In this document: positions 1 to 7,262 of the stretch, in pieces | Layout: the number at the start of each line of letters is the position of its first letter | Numbering within the stretch: the stretch's first letter is position 1 | IMG/VR virus record: IMGVR_UViG_3300025671_000038 | DNA: 64,000 nt | Direction: 5' to 3' (one strand) | Source of the DNA: a virus | The notes under the pieces: generated by a model | What the model was told of the DNA's origin: nothing | Seen by the model: only the letters and a program-made list of their open reading frames with translations | Database searches by the model: none | Translations under genes and position numbers: made by a program

Positions 1-1
1 G

Positions 2-1690
2 TATAACATTACTGTCTTTAATTCCGGAGATGATACTCTGTTTTATTACTGCGTAGAAATACCGGAATTTGACTTTGATGAATGCTTCGACGGTTATGAG
101 GTATCTCAATATTGGATACCACCCAGCGAGGGTCAATTTGTTACACAGATTATCGTGCCTGAAGGCATCGAGGAATTTACCGTTAACATATATCTCTCAG
201 AGGATGAATCAGAAGAAACCCTATCCAATAATACCATAACAGTACCAGTCGTATTCAATGGACCTGACCCATGTCCAATCCTAGGGTGTACAGATGAGGA
301 GGCAATAAACTACAACCCAGACGCAAACGAGGATGACGGCACCTGTGAATACCTGGATTTAACCTTAGATTTAGGTAATGATATCATATGGACTCCACAA
401 GGAACATGTGTTAATCCATTCTATAACCAATCTTTCCTCGTAAATAATACTGGGGAGGGAACTATAGATAACTTCAGTTTAGGAATTACAGTAATCACCT
501 GGGACGGGGATATAGTTTATAGTGGGACTCAAGATTATAACATATCAATCAACCCTGGTGAGAGTTATACAATATCTGACTTCCCCGATATTTTTACTGG
601 TGACTTGAACTACGTCAGTGCGACCCTTACTTGGATTAATGAGCTAGGTGAATTAGAAGAGGATATACAGACTTTTAATCTTATACTATACTGCTGGGGA
701 TGCACTGATCCGGAAGCCAGTAATTACACGGAGAGCGAATATATTTTCGACGAGATACAAGACTACTGGTTAGCCACATTTCCCGGTATAGCTCCGCCTA
801 CCCCAGAGCAGATCGAGTGTACATATGATATATTAGGATGTACCGATCCGGAGGCTGAAAACTACAACCCAGAAGCAAATATAGACGATGGGAGCTGTCA
901 GATCGGTGGATGTACCATTGTCGAGGCATGCAACTACGATCCAGAAGCAACTTACAATAACGGTAGTTGCGATTTTGAAAGCTGCGTTGGGTGTACTGAT
1001 TCGGAAGCAATCAATTATGATCCAGGAGCTACAGAGGATGATGGAAGCTGCATCTACCCAATTTATGGATGCACTGATCCGGATGCATTTAACTACAATC
1101 CCTTAGCCAATACCGACGACGGGAGCTGTGTTGATGTGGTTGTCGGGTGTATGATTCCTGAGGCAATCAACTACGACCCATTAGCAAATATCCAATGTAC
1201 GCCTTTGGATGAGTGCTGCATATTTACGGAAGGATGCACCGATCCGGAGGCTAATAATTATGATGACGAAGCAATTATTGATGATGGTAGCTGTGAGTAT
1301 GATATTTACGGTTGTAATGACCAGAATGCTATCAACTATAACCCAGAGGCAAACATCGACGATGGATCTTGCGTATATGATCCTTGTTCAGGGCTGATCG
1401 GGGCTACTTACTATGCTCCAAACACATTCACCCCTAATAACGACGGGGTAAATGACGGATGGACAGTGGTCACAGATCCAGATTGCTGGCTAAGATGGGA
1501 AGTTTTGGTTTATAACAGATGGGGACAACTCATATGGGAATCTAACTTACCGGGGGAGGTCTGGCCGGGATCGGTTTTCGATGGAGGATATTATGTAGCT
1601 GATGGGGTATACTTCTACAAAATTACAGGAATTGGGTATGACCCAGCCAATACCTTCGAGCAAAGCGGACACATTACAGTATTTAGATAA
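2..1690 (+). CDS. Cys-rich repeat surface protein with T9SS type-B (gliding-motility-associated) C-terminal sorting domain; 5'-truncated
   Basis: Frame is open from base 2 (YNITVFNSGDD...), so the start lies outside the window. Nine GCTDPxAxNYxPxAxxDDGSC-type repeats. C-terminus YAPNTFTPNNDGVNDGW...VYNRWGQLIWES...DGVYFYKI...SGHITVFR is a typical type-B CTD. Confidence 0.85.
   Translation, partial: YNITVFNSGDDTLFYYCVEIPEFDFDECFDGYEVSQYWIPPSEGQFVTQIIVPEGIEEFTVNIYLSEDESEETLSNNTITVPVVFNGPDPCPILGCTDEEAINYNPDANEDDGTCEYLDLTLDLGNDIIWTPQGTCVNPFYNQSFLVNNTGEGTIDNFSLGITVITWDGDIVYSGTQDYNISINPGESYTISDFPDIFTGDLNYVSATLTWINELGELEEDIQTFNLILYCWGCTDPEASNYTESEYIFDEIQDYWLATFPGIAPPTPEQIECTYDILGCTDPEAENYNPEANIDDGSCQIGGCTIVEACNYDPEATYNNGSCDFESCVGCTDSEAINYDPGATEDDGSCIYPIYGCTDPDAFNYNPLANTDDGSCVDVVVGCMIPEAINYDPLANIQCTPLDECCIFTEGCTDPEANNYDDEAIIDDGSCEYDIYGCNDQNAINYNPEANIDDGSCVYDPCSGLIGATYYAPNTFTPNNDGVNDGWTVVTDPDCWLRWEVLVYNRWGQLIWESNLPGEVWPGSVFDGGYYVADGVYFYKITGIGYDPANTFEQSGHITVFR
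284..1372 (+). repeat. Intragenic Cys-rich protein repeats (9 copies)
   Basis: GC(T/M/N)xxxAxNYxxxAxxxxGxC units visible in the translation. Confidence 0.85.
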
Positions 1691-1722
1691 GGCTATTCAA
1701 ATAAACATATAACATAGGCGAA

Positions 1723-3780
1723 ATGAAATCAGGTAAAATTTTATTAGCCGCATTACTTCTTATTCCAAATATATTTTTTTCACAGGAAGAATGCGGAACA
1801 GACGATCTAATACGTAGAAATCCATTTCTACAACAAATGCAAGAAGAGCGGGTTAGCTGTGCACCAGAAGTCAATTTAGATACTGCACAGGTTCTCGTAC
1901 TACCAATAGTATTCCACGTGATTCATCTCGGGGAAGCTATTGGGGAGGGTACAAACATATCAGATGAACAGATAATTAGCAGTGTAGAAAATTTGAATCA
2001 CAGGTTCAGAGGGGATGTGGAATCTCTATCCTCTTTAACCGATGAATATGACGAAGGAGAGCTATCTCTGGTTATTGATTCAAAGATCGAATTCTGTTTA
2101 GCTGTAAGAGATCCAGAGGGCAACCCAACGAATGGTATTAATAGGATTAATGGTAGTGGAATTGCACACAACGGGGAATCTTATGTAGAAGATGGAATCG
2201 CTATGGATGCTACGCAAAGTGGCGTTGTCGGGAGCTACCTAAAATCCGAAGTGGGGTGTTGGGACGTAGACAAGTACATAAATTTCTACGTCGTATCGGA
2301 GATAAACGGTAATAACGGTGGGAACGGTATTCAGGGATATGCTTATCTGGGTCCCACTAATAATTGTTTAGATGGTATTGTCTGCCTGTATAATGTGGTA
2401 GGTACAGAGGGAAATTTAAAACCCACACATAATCTGAATGCCACGGTAACACACGAGATGGGTCACCATTTATCATTATTACACACCTTCTGGTTATCCA
2501 ACGATTGTACACCAGAGACGAATCCATGTAGCCAGGGAGATCAATGTCCAGACACTCCAAAAACAACTTCCAATAACAGCTGCAACTCTCCAGATTGTCC
2601 CGAAGCTATGGTGGAAAATTACATGGATTATACTCCCCAATCGTGTAGGATAGCTTTCTCGCAAAACCAAATAGAGAGAATGAGGAATTCTATCTGGACC
2701 GAGAGGAGCCAGTACGTTTACGAAAATCTATCTTGCCAACCCTTGAATGGTTTTGACCTAGCAATCACCTCAGTTACCTTACCCTCGTCTTGGTGCAGAG
2801 AAGAGATAAGTTTTAATGTGAAGATAAACAATTTCGGGGGTAACACAGTTGCTGGTGCTCAGATACAAATAAATGGAGCAACTTATCCATTACCCCCGAT
2901 ACCAGGTAGTGATTTTATTAACCTGGGATTTACCGATTTTAACATCGGAGATGGAATTTTTGATATCGGGATAATTTATGACGAAGATCAATATCCTGAC
3001 AATAACTCATATTATCACGAGGTTGAAATTTCCGACCAACTATGGACCGAGGTTACTATTAACACTGATGTTTGGGCCACTGAAATAGACTGGGAAATAT
3101 TGGATGAATACGGAGAGGTCATTTTGTCAGGTGGTAACTATCCATTCGGACAAAATACCTACACATCGAGCTCTTGTTTACCTGGGGGGTGTTACACTTT
3201 TAGGATAACTGATTCAGCAGGCGATGGGATGTGCACCTTTGATACCAACAACGACGGAGTATGCGACCTAGGGGGTAGCTTCAGTGTAATTTCAAATGAC
3301 ATATTGGTATTGGAGCTATCAGATCCCTCAGAGATAGATTACGGATATGAAGGATTATTCGATTTTTGCATATTCAATTGTCCCCCGTCCGACTGCGAAG
3401 GGGACTTCAACGGAGATGGGCTGGTCACCATTAGGGATCTAATAGAGCTACTAGCAATCCCATCAGGTGAACTGACCGAATGTAGTCAATATGACCTAAA
3501 CAATGATTTGGTCATTGGGTCCACCGACGTTTTAGAATTTCTGAACATAATGGGATACAACTGCCAAACAGGGGAATACTACGAATTAGGAATGCCCCCG
3601 GCAGAATTATTAAGAAGTTTCGCTGATGCAGGTAAGGATGTTGTTAGCATAAAGTATTACACTCTGAGAGGAGAGCAGGTCGTATTGAACACTCATCTAA
3701 GCAAAGGTGTATATCTGAAAGAAACACTATATTCAGACGGGACAAAAGAGATTATTAAAATCTTCGTGTCAGGAATATAA
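1723..3780 (+). CDS. Secreted M43 (pappalysin/ulilysin-like) zinc metalloprotease with dockerin/EF-hand-like and T9SS type-A-like C-terminal region
   Basis: Signal peptide MKSGKILLAALLLIPNIFFSQ; zinc motif HEMGHHLSLLH; Met-turn ENYMDY; CEGDFNGDGLVTIRDL; C-terminus YYTLRGEQV...KGVYLKETLYSDGTKEIIKIF. Confidence 0.85.
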   Translation: MKSGKILLAALLLIPNIFFSQEECGTDDLIRRNPFLQQMQEERVSCAPEVNLDTAQVLVLPIVFHVIHLGEAIGEGTNISDEQIISSVENLNHRFRGDVESLSSLTDEYDEGELSLVIDSKIEFCLAVRDPEGNPTNGINRINGSGIAHNGESYVEDGIAMDATQSGVVGSYLKSEVGCWDVDKYINFYVVSEINGNNGGNGIQGYAYLGPTNNCLDGIVCLYNVVGTEGNLKPTHNLNATVTHEMGHHLSLLHTFWLSNDCTPETNPCSQGDQCPDTPKTTSNNSCNSPDCPEAMVENYMDYTPQSCRIAFSQNQIERMRNSIWTERSQYVYENLSCQPLNGFDLAITSVTLPSSWCREEISFNVKINNFGGNTVAGAQIQINGATYPLPPIPGSDFINLGFTDFNIGDGIFDIGIIYDEDQYPDNNSYYHEVEISDQLWTEVTINTDVWATEIDWEILDEYGEVILSGGNYPFGQNTYTSSSCLPGGCYTFRITDSAGDGMCTFDTNNDGVCDLGGSFSVISNDILVLELSDPSEIDYGYEGLFDFCIFNCPPSDCEGDFNGDGLVTIRDLIELLAIPSGELTECSQYDLNNDLVIGSTDVLEFLNIMGYNCQTGEYYELGMPPAELLRSFADAGKDVVSIKYYTLRGEQVVLNTHLSKGVYLKETLYSDGTKEIIKIFVSGI

Positions 3781-3816
3781 GGCACAGGCAAAAACGAATC
3801 CTATCAGTAATTTCGG

Positions 3817-3902
3817 TACTCGAAGCGGGACTCGAACCCGCACGGACCATTCGGTCCATTTGATTTTAAGTCAAACATGTCTACCGATTCCATCATTCGA
3901 GC
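3817..3902 (-). tRNA. tRNA-Leu(TAA)
   Basis: GCTCGAA/TTCGAGT acceptor stem; TTTGA-CT-TAA-AA-TCAAA anticodon arm; long variable arm; GGTTCGAGTCC T loop. Confidence 0.93.
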
Positions 3903-3965
3903 ATATTTCCCAATATAAGGTCAATCTTCATATTCACCGTTCCACATGGTCTTTTTTATACTTGT

Positions 3966-4241
3966 TTAATAGTCATATTCGTCATAGACATCCCCATAGT
4001 CATCGTCGGGAGTAAGATCTGGATTGTCATTGAGGCTGATCGTATTAGAAGATGGGTTTTTTAGAATCTCTTTGGATCTAGATTCTAGCCATTGATAAGG
4101 GTTACTTTTGAAATCCTTCCAGTTATCGAAATCCTGTAAGTCTTCCATTATTTCCAGGGGTAGTAGTATGAATCCCTCTGGAGCTATTCCTTGGTATTTA
4201 TAATAGCATGAGTACTCAATTCTATCTTTGATGTTGGACAA
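3966..4241 (-). CDS. Hypothetical protein
   Basis: 91-aa ORF filling the space between tRNAs; acidic C-terminus. Confidence 0.55.
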   Translation of the reverse strand: MSNIKDRIEYSCYYKYQGIAPEGFILLPLEIMEDLQDFDNWKDFKSNPYQWLESRSKEILKNPSSNTISLNDNPDLTPDDDYGDVYDEYDY

Positions 4242-4264
4242 TTTTTCTAAACGTTTCTTTGTTT

Positions 4265-4343
4265 TGGAGTCGAAGGCAGGAATCGAACCTATCGCGTCAC
4301 AACCAGTTTTAGCTGGTCTGCTCTACCACTGAGCTACTTCGAC
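4265..4343 (-). pseudogene. Aberrant tRNA-like gene (Phe-like body, 6-nt anticodon loop CTAAAA, 3-nt T-stem insertion)
   Basis: Perfect GTCGAAG/CTTCGAC acceptor, GCTC/GAGC D stem and encoded CCA; anticodon arm ACCAG-CTAAAA-CTGGT; T stem GC[GAT]AGG/CCTGC. Confidence 0.7.
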
Positions 4344-4375
4344 TTAACTACCGTTTCCGGGTTTTACTAATCTAT

Positions 4376-4702
4376 TTATTTACGCTCTGAAATAGCTTTT
4401 AATTCGCTATTTATATCGGCGATGTGCTTAGAAATGCCATCCGCCATTTTGTCTGTACGAGAATCAACATACTTGTAAAGTTCATTGAGATTATCCTCGT
4501 GATTTTTATACAGCTGATCTGTATAATCAATATGCTCGAAGTGTTGTTTACCTCGGGCTTCGTCCACATTTTCAATATTTTTTGAAAGAATGGACATTTG
4601 TTCTTTGAGTTGTTTTACACTCAGGTAATTCACAAACGTACCCACAACCATCATTAATAAGATGACTGCACATACACCTGCAAGAAAGTAGAATGTTTCC
4701 AT
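4376..4702 (-). CDS. Hypothetical membrane-anchored coiled-coil protein
   Basis: Start reassigned to METFYFLAG (4702) because the longer ORF overlaps tRNA-Gly; N-terminal hydrophobic helix. Confidence 0.7.
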   Translation of the reverse strand: METFYFLAGVCAVILLMMVVGTFVNYLSVKQLKEQMSILSKNIENVDEARGKQHFEHIDYTDQLYKNHEDNLNELYKYVDSRTDKMADGISKHIADINSELKAISERK

Positions 4703-4737
4703 AGTTGTTATTTTTTTAGAATGGAAACGGTAGTTAG

Positions 4738-4810
4738 AGCGGGTGACCGGATTCGAACCGGCTGCCCCCAGCTTGGAAGGCTGGTGCTCGACCACATGAG
4801 CTTCACCCGC
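4738..4810 (-). tRNA. tRNA-Gly(TCC)
   Basis: GCGGGTG/CACCCGC acceptor; CCAGC-CT-TCC-AA-GCTGG; GGTTCGAATCC. Confidence 0.95.
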
Positions 4811-4883
4811 TTAGAGTAGGAAAGAGTTAACCTACACTTCCAACCTAATTGCCGCGGAACAATTGTTGGTCTTTTTTTTATTG

Positions 4884-4995
4884 AGAGGTTTCGGGTCTTT
4901 CGGGGTTTCTGGTTAATGACTTGCTTACGCTCGGACTAATACAAACCCTTTTTCGTCCTTTTAACACCACCATTAACTACAGCTTCACTACCTCT
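4884..4995 (-). ncRNA. Candidate structured ncRNA in the tRNA-Asn/tRNA-Gly spacer
   Basis: Nested pairings AGAGG/CCTCT, GTTAATGG/TCATTAAC and GGAC/GTCC; possible pseudoknot GGGTTT/AAACCC; GTAA tetraloop. Confidence 0.35.
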
Positions 4996-4998
4996 TTG

Positions 4999-5072
4999 CT
5001 CCCCCACCTGGGCTCGAACCAGGGACCTATTGATTAACAGTCAACCGCTCTAACCAACTGAGCTATGGAGGA
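4999..5072 (-). tRNA. tRNA-Asn(GTT)
   Basis: TCCTCCA/TGGGGGA acceptor; GTTGA-CT-GTT-AA-TCAAT. Confidence 0.95.
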
Positions 5073-5115
5073 ATTGAAAAGGTCCGGGCCCAATGGTACC
5101 TTTTGAAGACCTTAG

Positions 5116-5188
5116 TTGCGGGAGAGGGAATCGAACCCCCGACCTCCAGGTTATGAGCCTGGCGAGCTACCGCTGCTGCTATCCCGCG
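5116..5188 (-). tRNA. Initiator tRNA-fMet(CAT)
   Basis: C1:A72 mismatch (CGCGGGA/TCCCGCA); CCAGG-CT-CAT-AA-CCTGG, with only two of the three usual initiator G-C pairs. Confidence 0.88.
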
Positions 5189-5304
5189 ATATGATGAAAG
5201 GAAGGAAGATCTGGCGAGTACTTGTATTTGCCCGTTCCACACCGGTACCAAGCCTCCCGTCTTTTTCCAAATCCGTGCCACTGTGAATTAGCATCCTTCC
5301 TTAG

Positions 5305-5378
5305 TGCTCCCTGTAGGGATCGAACCTACGACCTACTGATTATGAGTCAGTTGCTCTAACCGCCTGAGCTAAGAGAGC
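5305..5378 (-). tRNA. tRNA-Ile2 or elongator Met (CAT)
   Basis: GCTCTCT/AGGGAGC acceptor; ACTGA-CT-CAT-AA-TCAGT. Ile2 versus Met cannot be resolved by eye. Confidence 0.88.
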
Positions 5379-5395
5379 GGGATTGTTTCCTAGGG

Positions 5396-5472
5396 TAGGC
5401 ACGGCGGGGATTGAACCCACATGTAACCAATTACTCTTTCTACAAGGTATAAGCTTGAGGAGATACGTGCCC
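5396..5472 (-). ncRNA. Non-canonical tRNA-like RNA lacking a D arm, TAT anticodon-like loop
   Basis: GGGCACG/CGTGCCT acceptor; T arm GTGGG-TTCAATC-CCCGC; CAAG-CTTATAC-CTTG arm only 8 nt after the acceptor; GTAA-TTGG-TTAC hairpin in the variable position. Confidence 0.65.
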
Positions 5473-5482
5473 ATATGAAGAC

Positions 5483-5537
5483 GGGATGCTGTTTTATAGT
5501 TTACGAATCTATTGCTGAAAATTGCTGTAAGCATCCC
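5483..5537 (-). ncRNA. TACAGCAA stem-loop element, copy 1
   Basis: GGGATGCT...AGCATCCC terminal stem followed by TACAGCAA and a second CAGCAA in the loop. Confidence 0.5.
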
Positions 5538-5543
5538 TTTATT

Positions 5544-5993
5544 TTAGGATTTCCTTATACTGTAACTTTTTGTTTGTCCATGACAGTTTTTACAAAGGAT
5601 TTCCAAATTCTCTATACGATTATCAAATCGATCACCGTTTATATGATGCAAATCCAACGGAATTTCTTTACTGTTCCACGAAGATCTTCCGCATTCTTCA
5701 CACTTTTTTTCTTTAATGCCCGCCGAGATCAATCTATTTCTGATCTTGGAAGAAGATAGGGTTGTTCCTTTTCTACACCATTTCTCTACCCATTCAAGAT
5801 CATCCATCTTGTTAGAAGCTATTTTGTAGTCCTTGCCTCCCTGATTGCCCTTATATTCTATATCATTCTTTTTAAGGTAAGAATCTAAGGTTCTCGGTCT
5901 GCAATCGATCTTTTTACAGATCATATTCTTAGGCATCCCCTCTTCCACCCATTCTAGTATCTGAGGCATCTTTTCTTGTATGTCATTTCTCAT
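5544..5993 (-). mobile_element. HNH endonuclease (free-standing homing-type) inside the tRNA array
   Basis: CEECG...PLDLHHINGDRFDNRIENLEILCKNCH; N-terminal HTH-like segment. Confidence 0.85.
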
Positions 5994-6049
5994 AGTGTGT
6001 TATATATCAGACACGCTGAAAGAAAATAAAGAAAGTCTACTAATTCTAG

Positions 6050-6131
6050 TACCCCGGGTCGGACTCGAACCGACACGCACTATGGCATATGCTCCTAAGG
6101 CATACGTGGCTACCAATTACACCACCGAGGC
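6050..6131 (-). tRNA. tRNA-Leu(TAG)
   Basis: GCCTCGG/CCGGGGT acceptor; TATGC-CT-TAG-GA-GCATA; long variable arm. Confidence 0.93.
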
Positions 6132-6206
6132 ATTTGCAGGATATCGCTTAACCTGCGGTGAGTGTTCCTTTCACCTTGTTCCCTAACGGTACTACGATTT
6201 TTTTTG

Positions 6207-6291
6207 CGGAGAGGGAGGGATTCGAACCCCCGGTACCTTGCGGTACATCAGTTTTCAAGACTGGCGCATTCGACCACTCTGCCACCTCTCC
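6207..6291 (-). tRNA. tRNA-Ser(TGA)
   Basis: GGAGAGG/CCTCTCC acceptor; CCAGT-CT-TGA-AA-ACTGA; GTACC-GCAA-GGTAC variable arm; G73. Confidence 0.95.
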
Positions 6292-6400
6292 TAAAGCTCG
6301 TTTTTTCCCCCATTACCCCGAAGAGGAGTGGGACCCTCATTCGGATTTTGATTCAGGTAGTCTACCAAGGTAAACCGTTCCAACGAGCAAACCTAATCAG

Positions 6401-6473
6401 AGCCTCCAGACGGACTTGAACCGCCGACCATCTCATTACAAATGAGACGCTCTACCGGCTGAGCTATAGAGGC
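6401..6473 (-). tRNA. tRNA-Thr(TGT)
   Basis: GCCTCTA/TGGAGGC acceptor; TCTCA-TT-TGT-AA-TGAGA. Confidence 0.95.
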
Positions 6474-6489
6474 CTTTAGAATCCCAATA

Positions 6490-6500
6490 TGTCAAAGAAC
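6490..6500 (-). promoter_or_regulatory. boxA-like antitermination element at the head of the tRNA array
   Basis: GTTCTTTGACA, 17 nt upstream of tRNA-Thr. Confidence 0.5.
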
Positions 6501-6593
6501 TTGATGTTTTTTGTTCCTGATTTGTACTCCTTAAACATAAAGTGTTTCTCCTTTATGAAAAAAAATACCTGATGAAAAATCAGGAAAGATTTG

Positions 6594-7012
6594 TGGAGCT
6601 GGTGGGATTCGAACCCACGTCCAGCTAGGCAAATCCTAAGAACATCGTTCACAGGCTTAGATCATTTTTCTAAAAGATCAAAATAGAAAGGTTTCATATA
6701 TGTGGGAATCAAACCTATCAAAAGTACCTGGTCCCAGAGTTGGTTTAGACGGGCTCCGGCCTGTGACCCGCATACTCCATTTCCACCATAGGAAGATCTG
6801 GATTTCGACTTTCTGTTCCTAGGGAGTCGACCCCCGTTGCTTAGGCTGCAAGAGCAACTTCAGCTTCCTCAACAGGAGCTAGTCCTGCAAGGATGTAAAA
6901 TGGATTTTCGCCATTTAGAAAGTTACATAGGTTATTATAGAGTTTCCAATGCTAACTCTGCCTGCATCAATTCAAAGAACTTTCGGCCTCCTGTCGATTC
7001 CATTTCAGCCCC
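6594..7012 (-). ncRNA. ssrA: tmRNA (one-piece)
   Basis: 5' GGGGCTGAAATGGAATCGAC pairs with 3' CAGCTCC-A, giving G3:U70; GGTTCGAATCCC T loop; internal tag ORF at 6841-6912 encoding GENPFYILAGLAPVEEAEVALAA*. Confidence 0.95.
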
Positions 7013-7023
7013 TTATTGTTTGG

Positions 7024-7031
7024 CAAATTTA
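7024..7031 (-). promoter_or_regulatory. Bacteroidetes-type -7 promoter element for ssrA
   Basis: TAAATTTG (TAnnTTTG) 12 nt upstream of the tmRNA 5' end. Confidence 0.6.
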
Positions 7032-7066
7032 ATCCATGGGTGTGATTAAAAAAACCAGATCTACAT

Positions 7067-7098
7067 AAAAAACCCAGACTTTTTCATGGTCTGGGTTT
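7067..7098 (-). terminator. Intrinsic terminator
   Basis: AAACCCAGAC-loop-GTCTGGGTTT followed by a T tract. Confidence 0.6.
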
Positions 7099-7262
7099 GA
7101 TATGTCTAAAAATCTCTTCTGAGAACTTAACAACCAAACCCATGAATATTTAGGTTTATCGAGGATATACTCGATATTTCTAAATATGTTTTTATGATCG
7201 ATCGTGTCATTCCTGGATGAAATTTTCAATTGTTATATATCACACTTGCAAAAATGTTTCCC

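Noticed and set aside
284-1372. CRISPR array
   Set aside because: Repeats are degenerate at DNA level and in-frame protein repeats; no CRISPR array or cas genes seen in the window.
4265-4343. Amber suppressor tRNA (CTA in the loop) or stop-codon recoding
   Set aside because: CTA is not at positions 34-36 in any register that keeps the stem. Conserved genes are full-length in code 11 and end at TAG, TGA and TAA.
4884-4995. Hammerhead ribozyme (GGACGAAA seen)
   Set aside because: No CTGANGA core in the required position.
6160-6200. Cobalamin or glycine riboswitch (TAGGGAAC..GGTGAAA)
   Set aside because: Downstream conserved blocks are absent and the element lies within a tRNA array.
5063-6419. 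ORF-track ORFs 5063-5281, 5340-5534, 5475-5759, 5980-6186, 6158-6373 and 6162-6419
   Set aside because: They overlap tRNA genes or lie antisense to the HNH gene; spurious.
6837-7229. ORFs 6837-7049 (+) and 7029-7229 (-)
   Set aside because: The first is antisense to tmRNA. The second runs through a terminator and the ssrA promoter; a 27-aa alternative starting at 7210 is too weakly supported.
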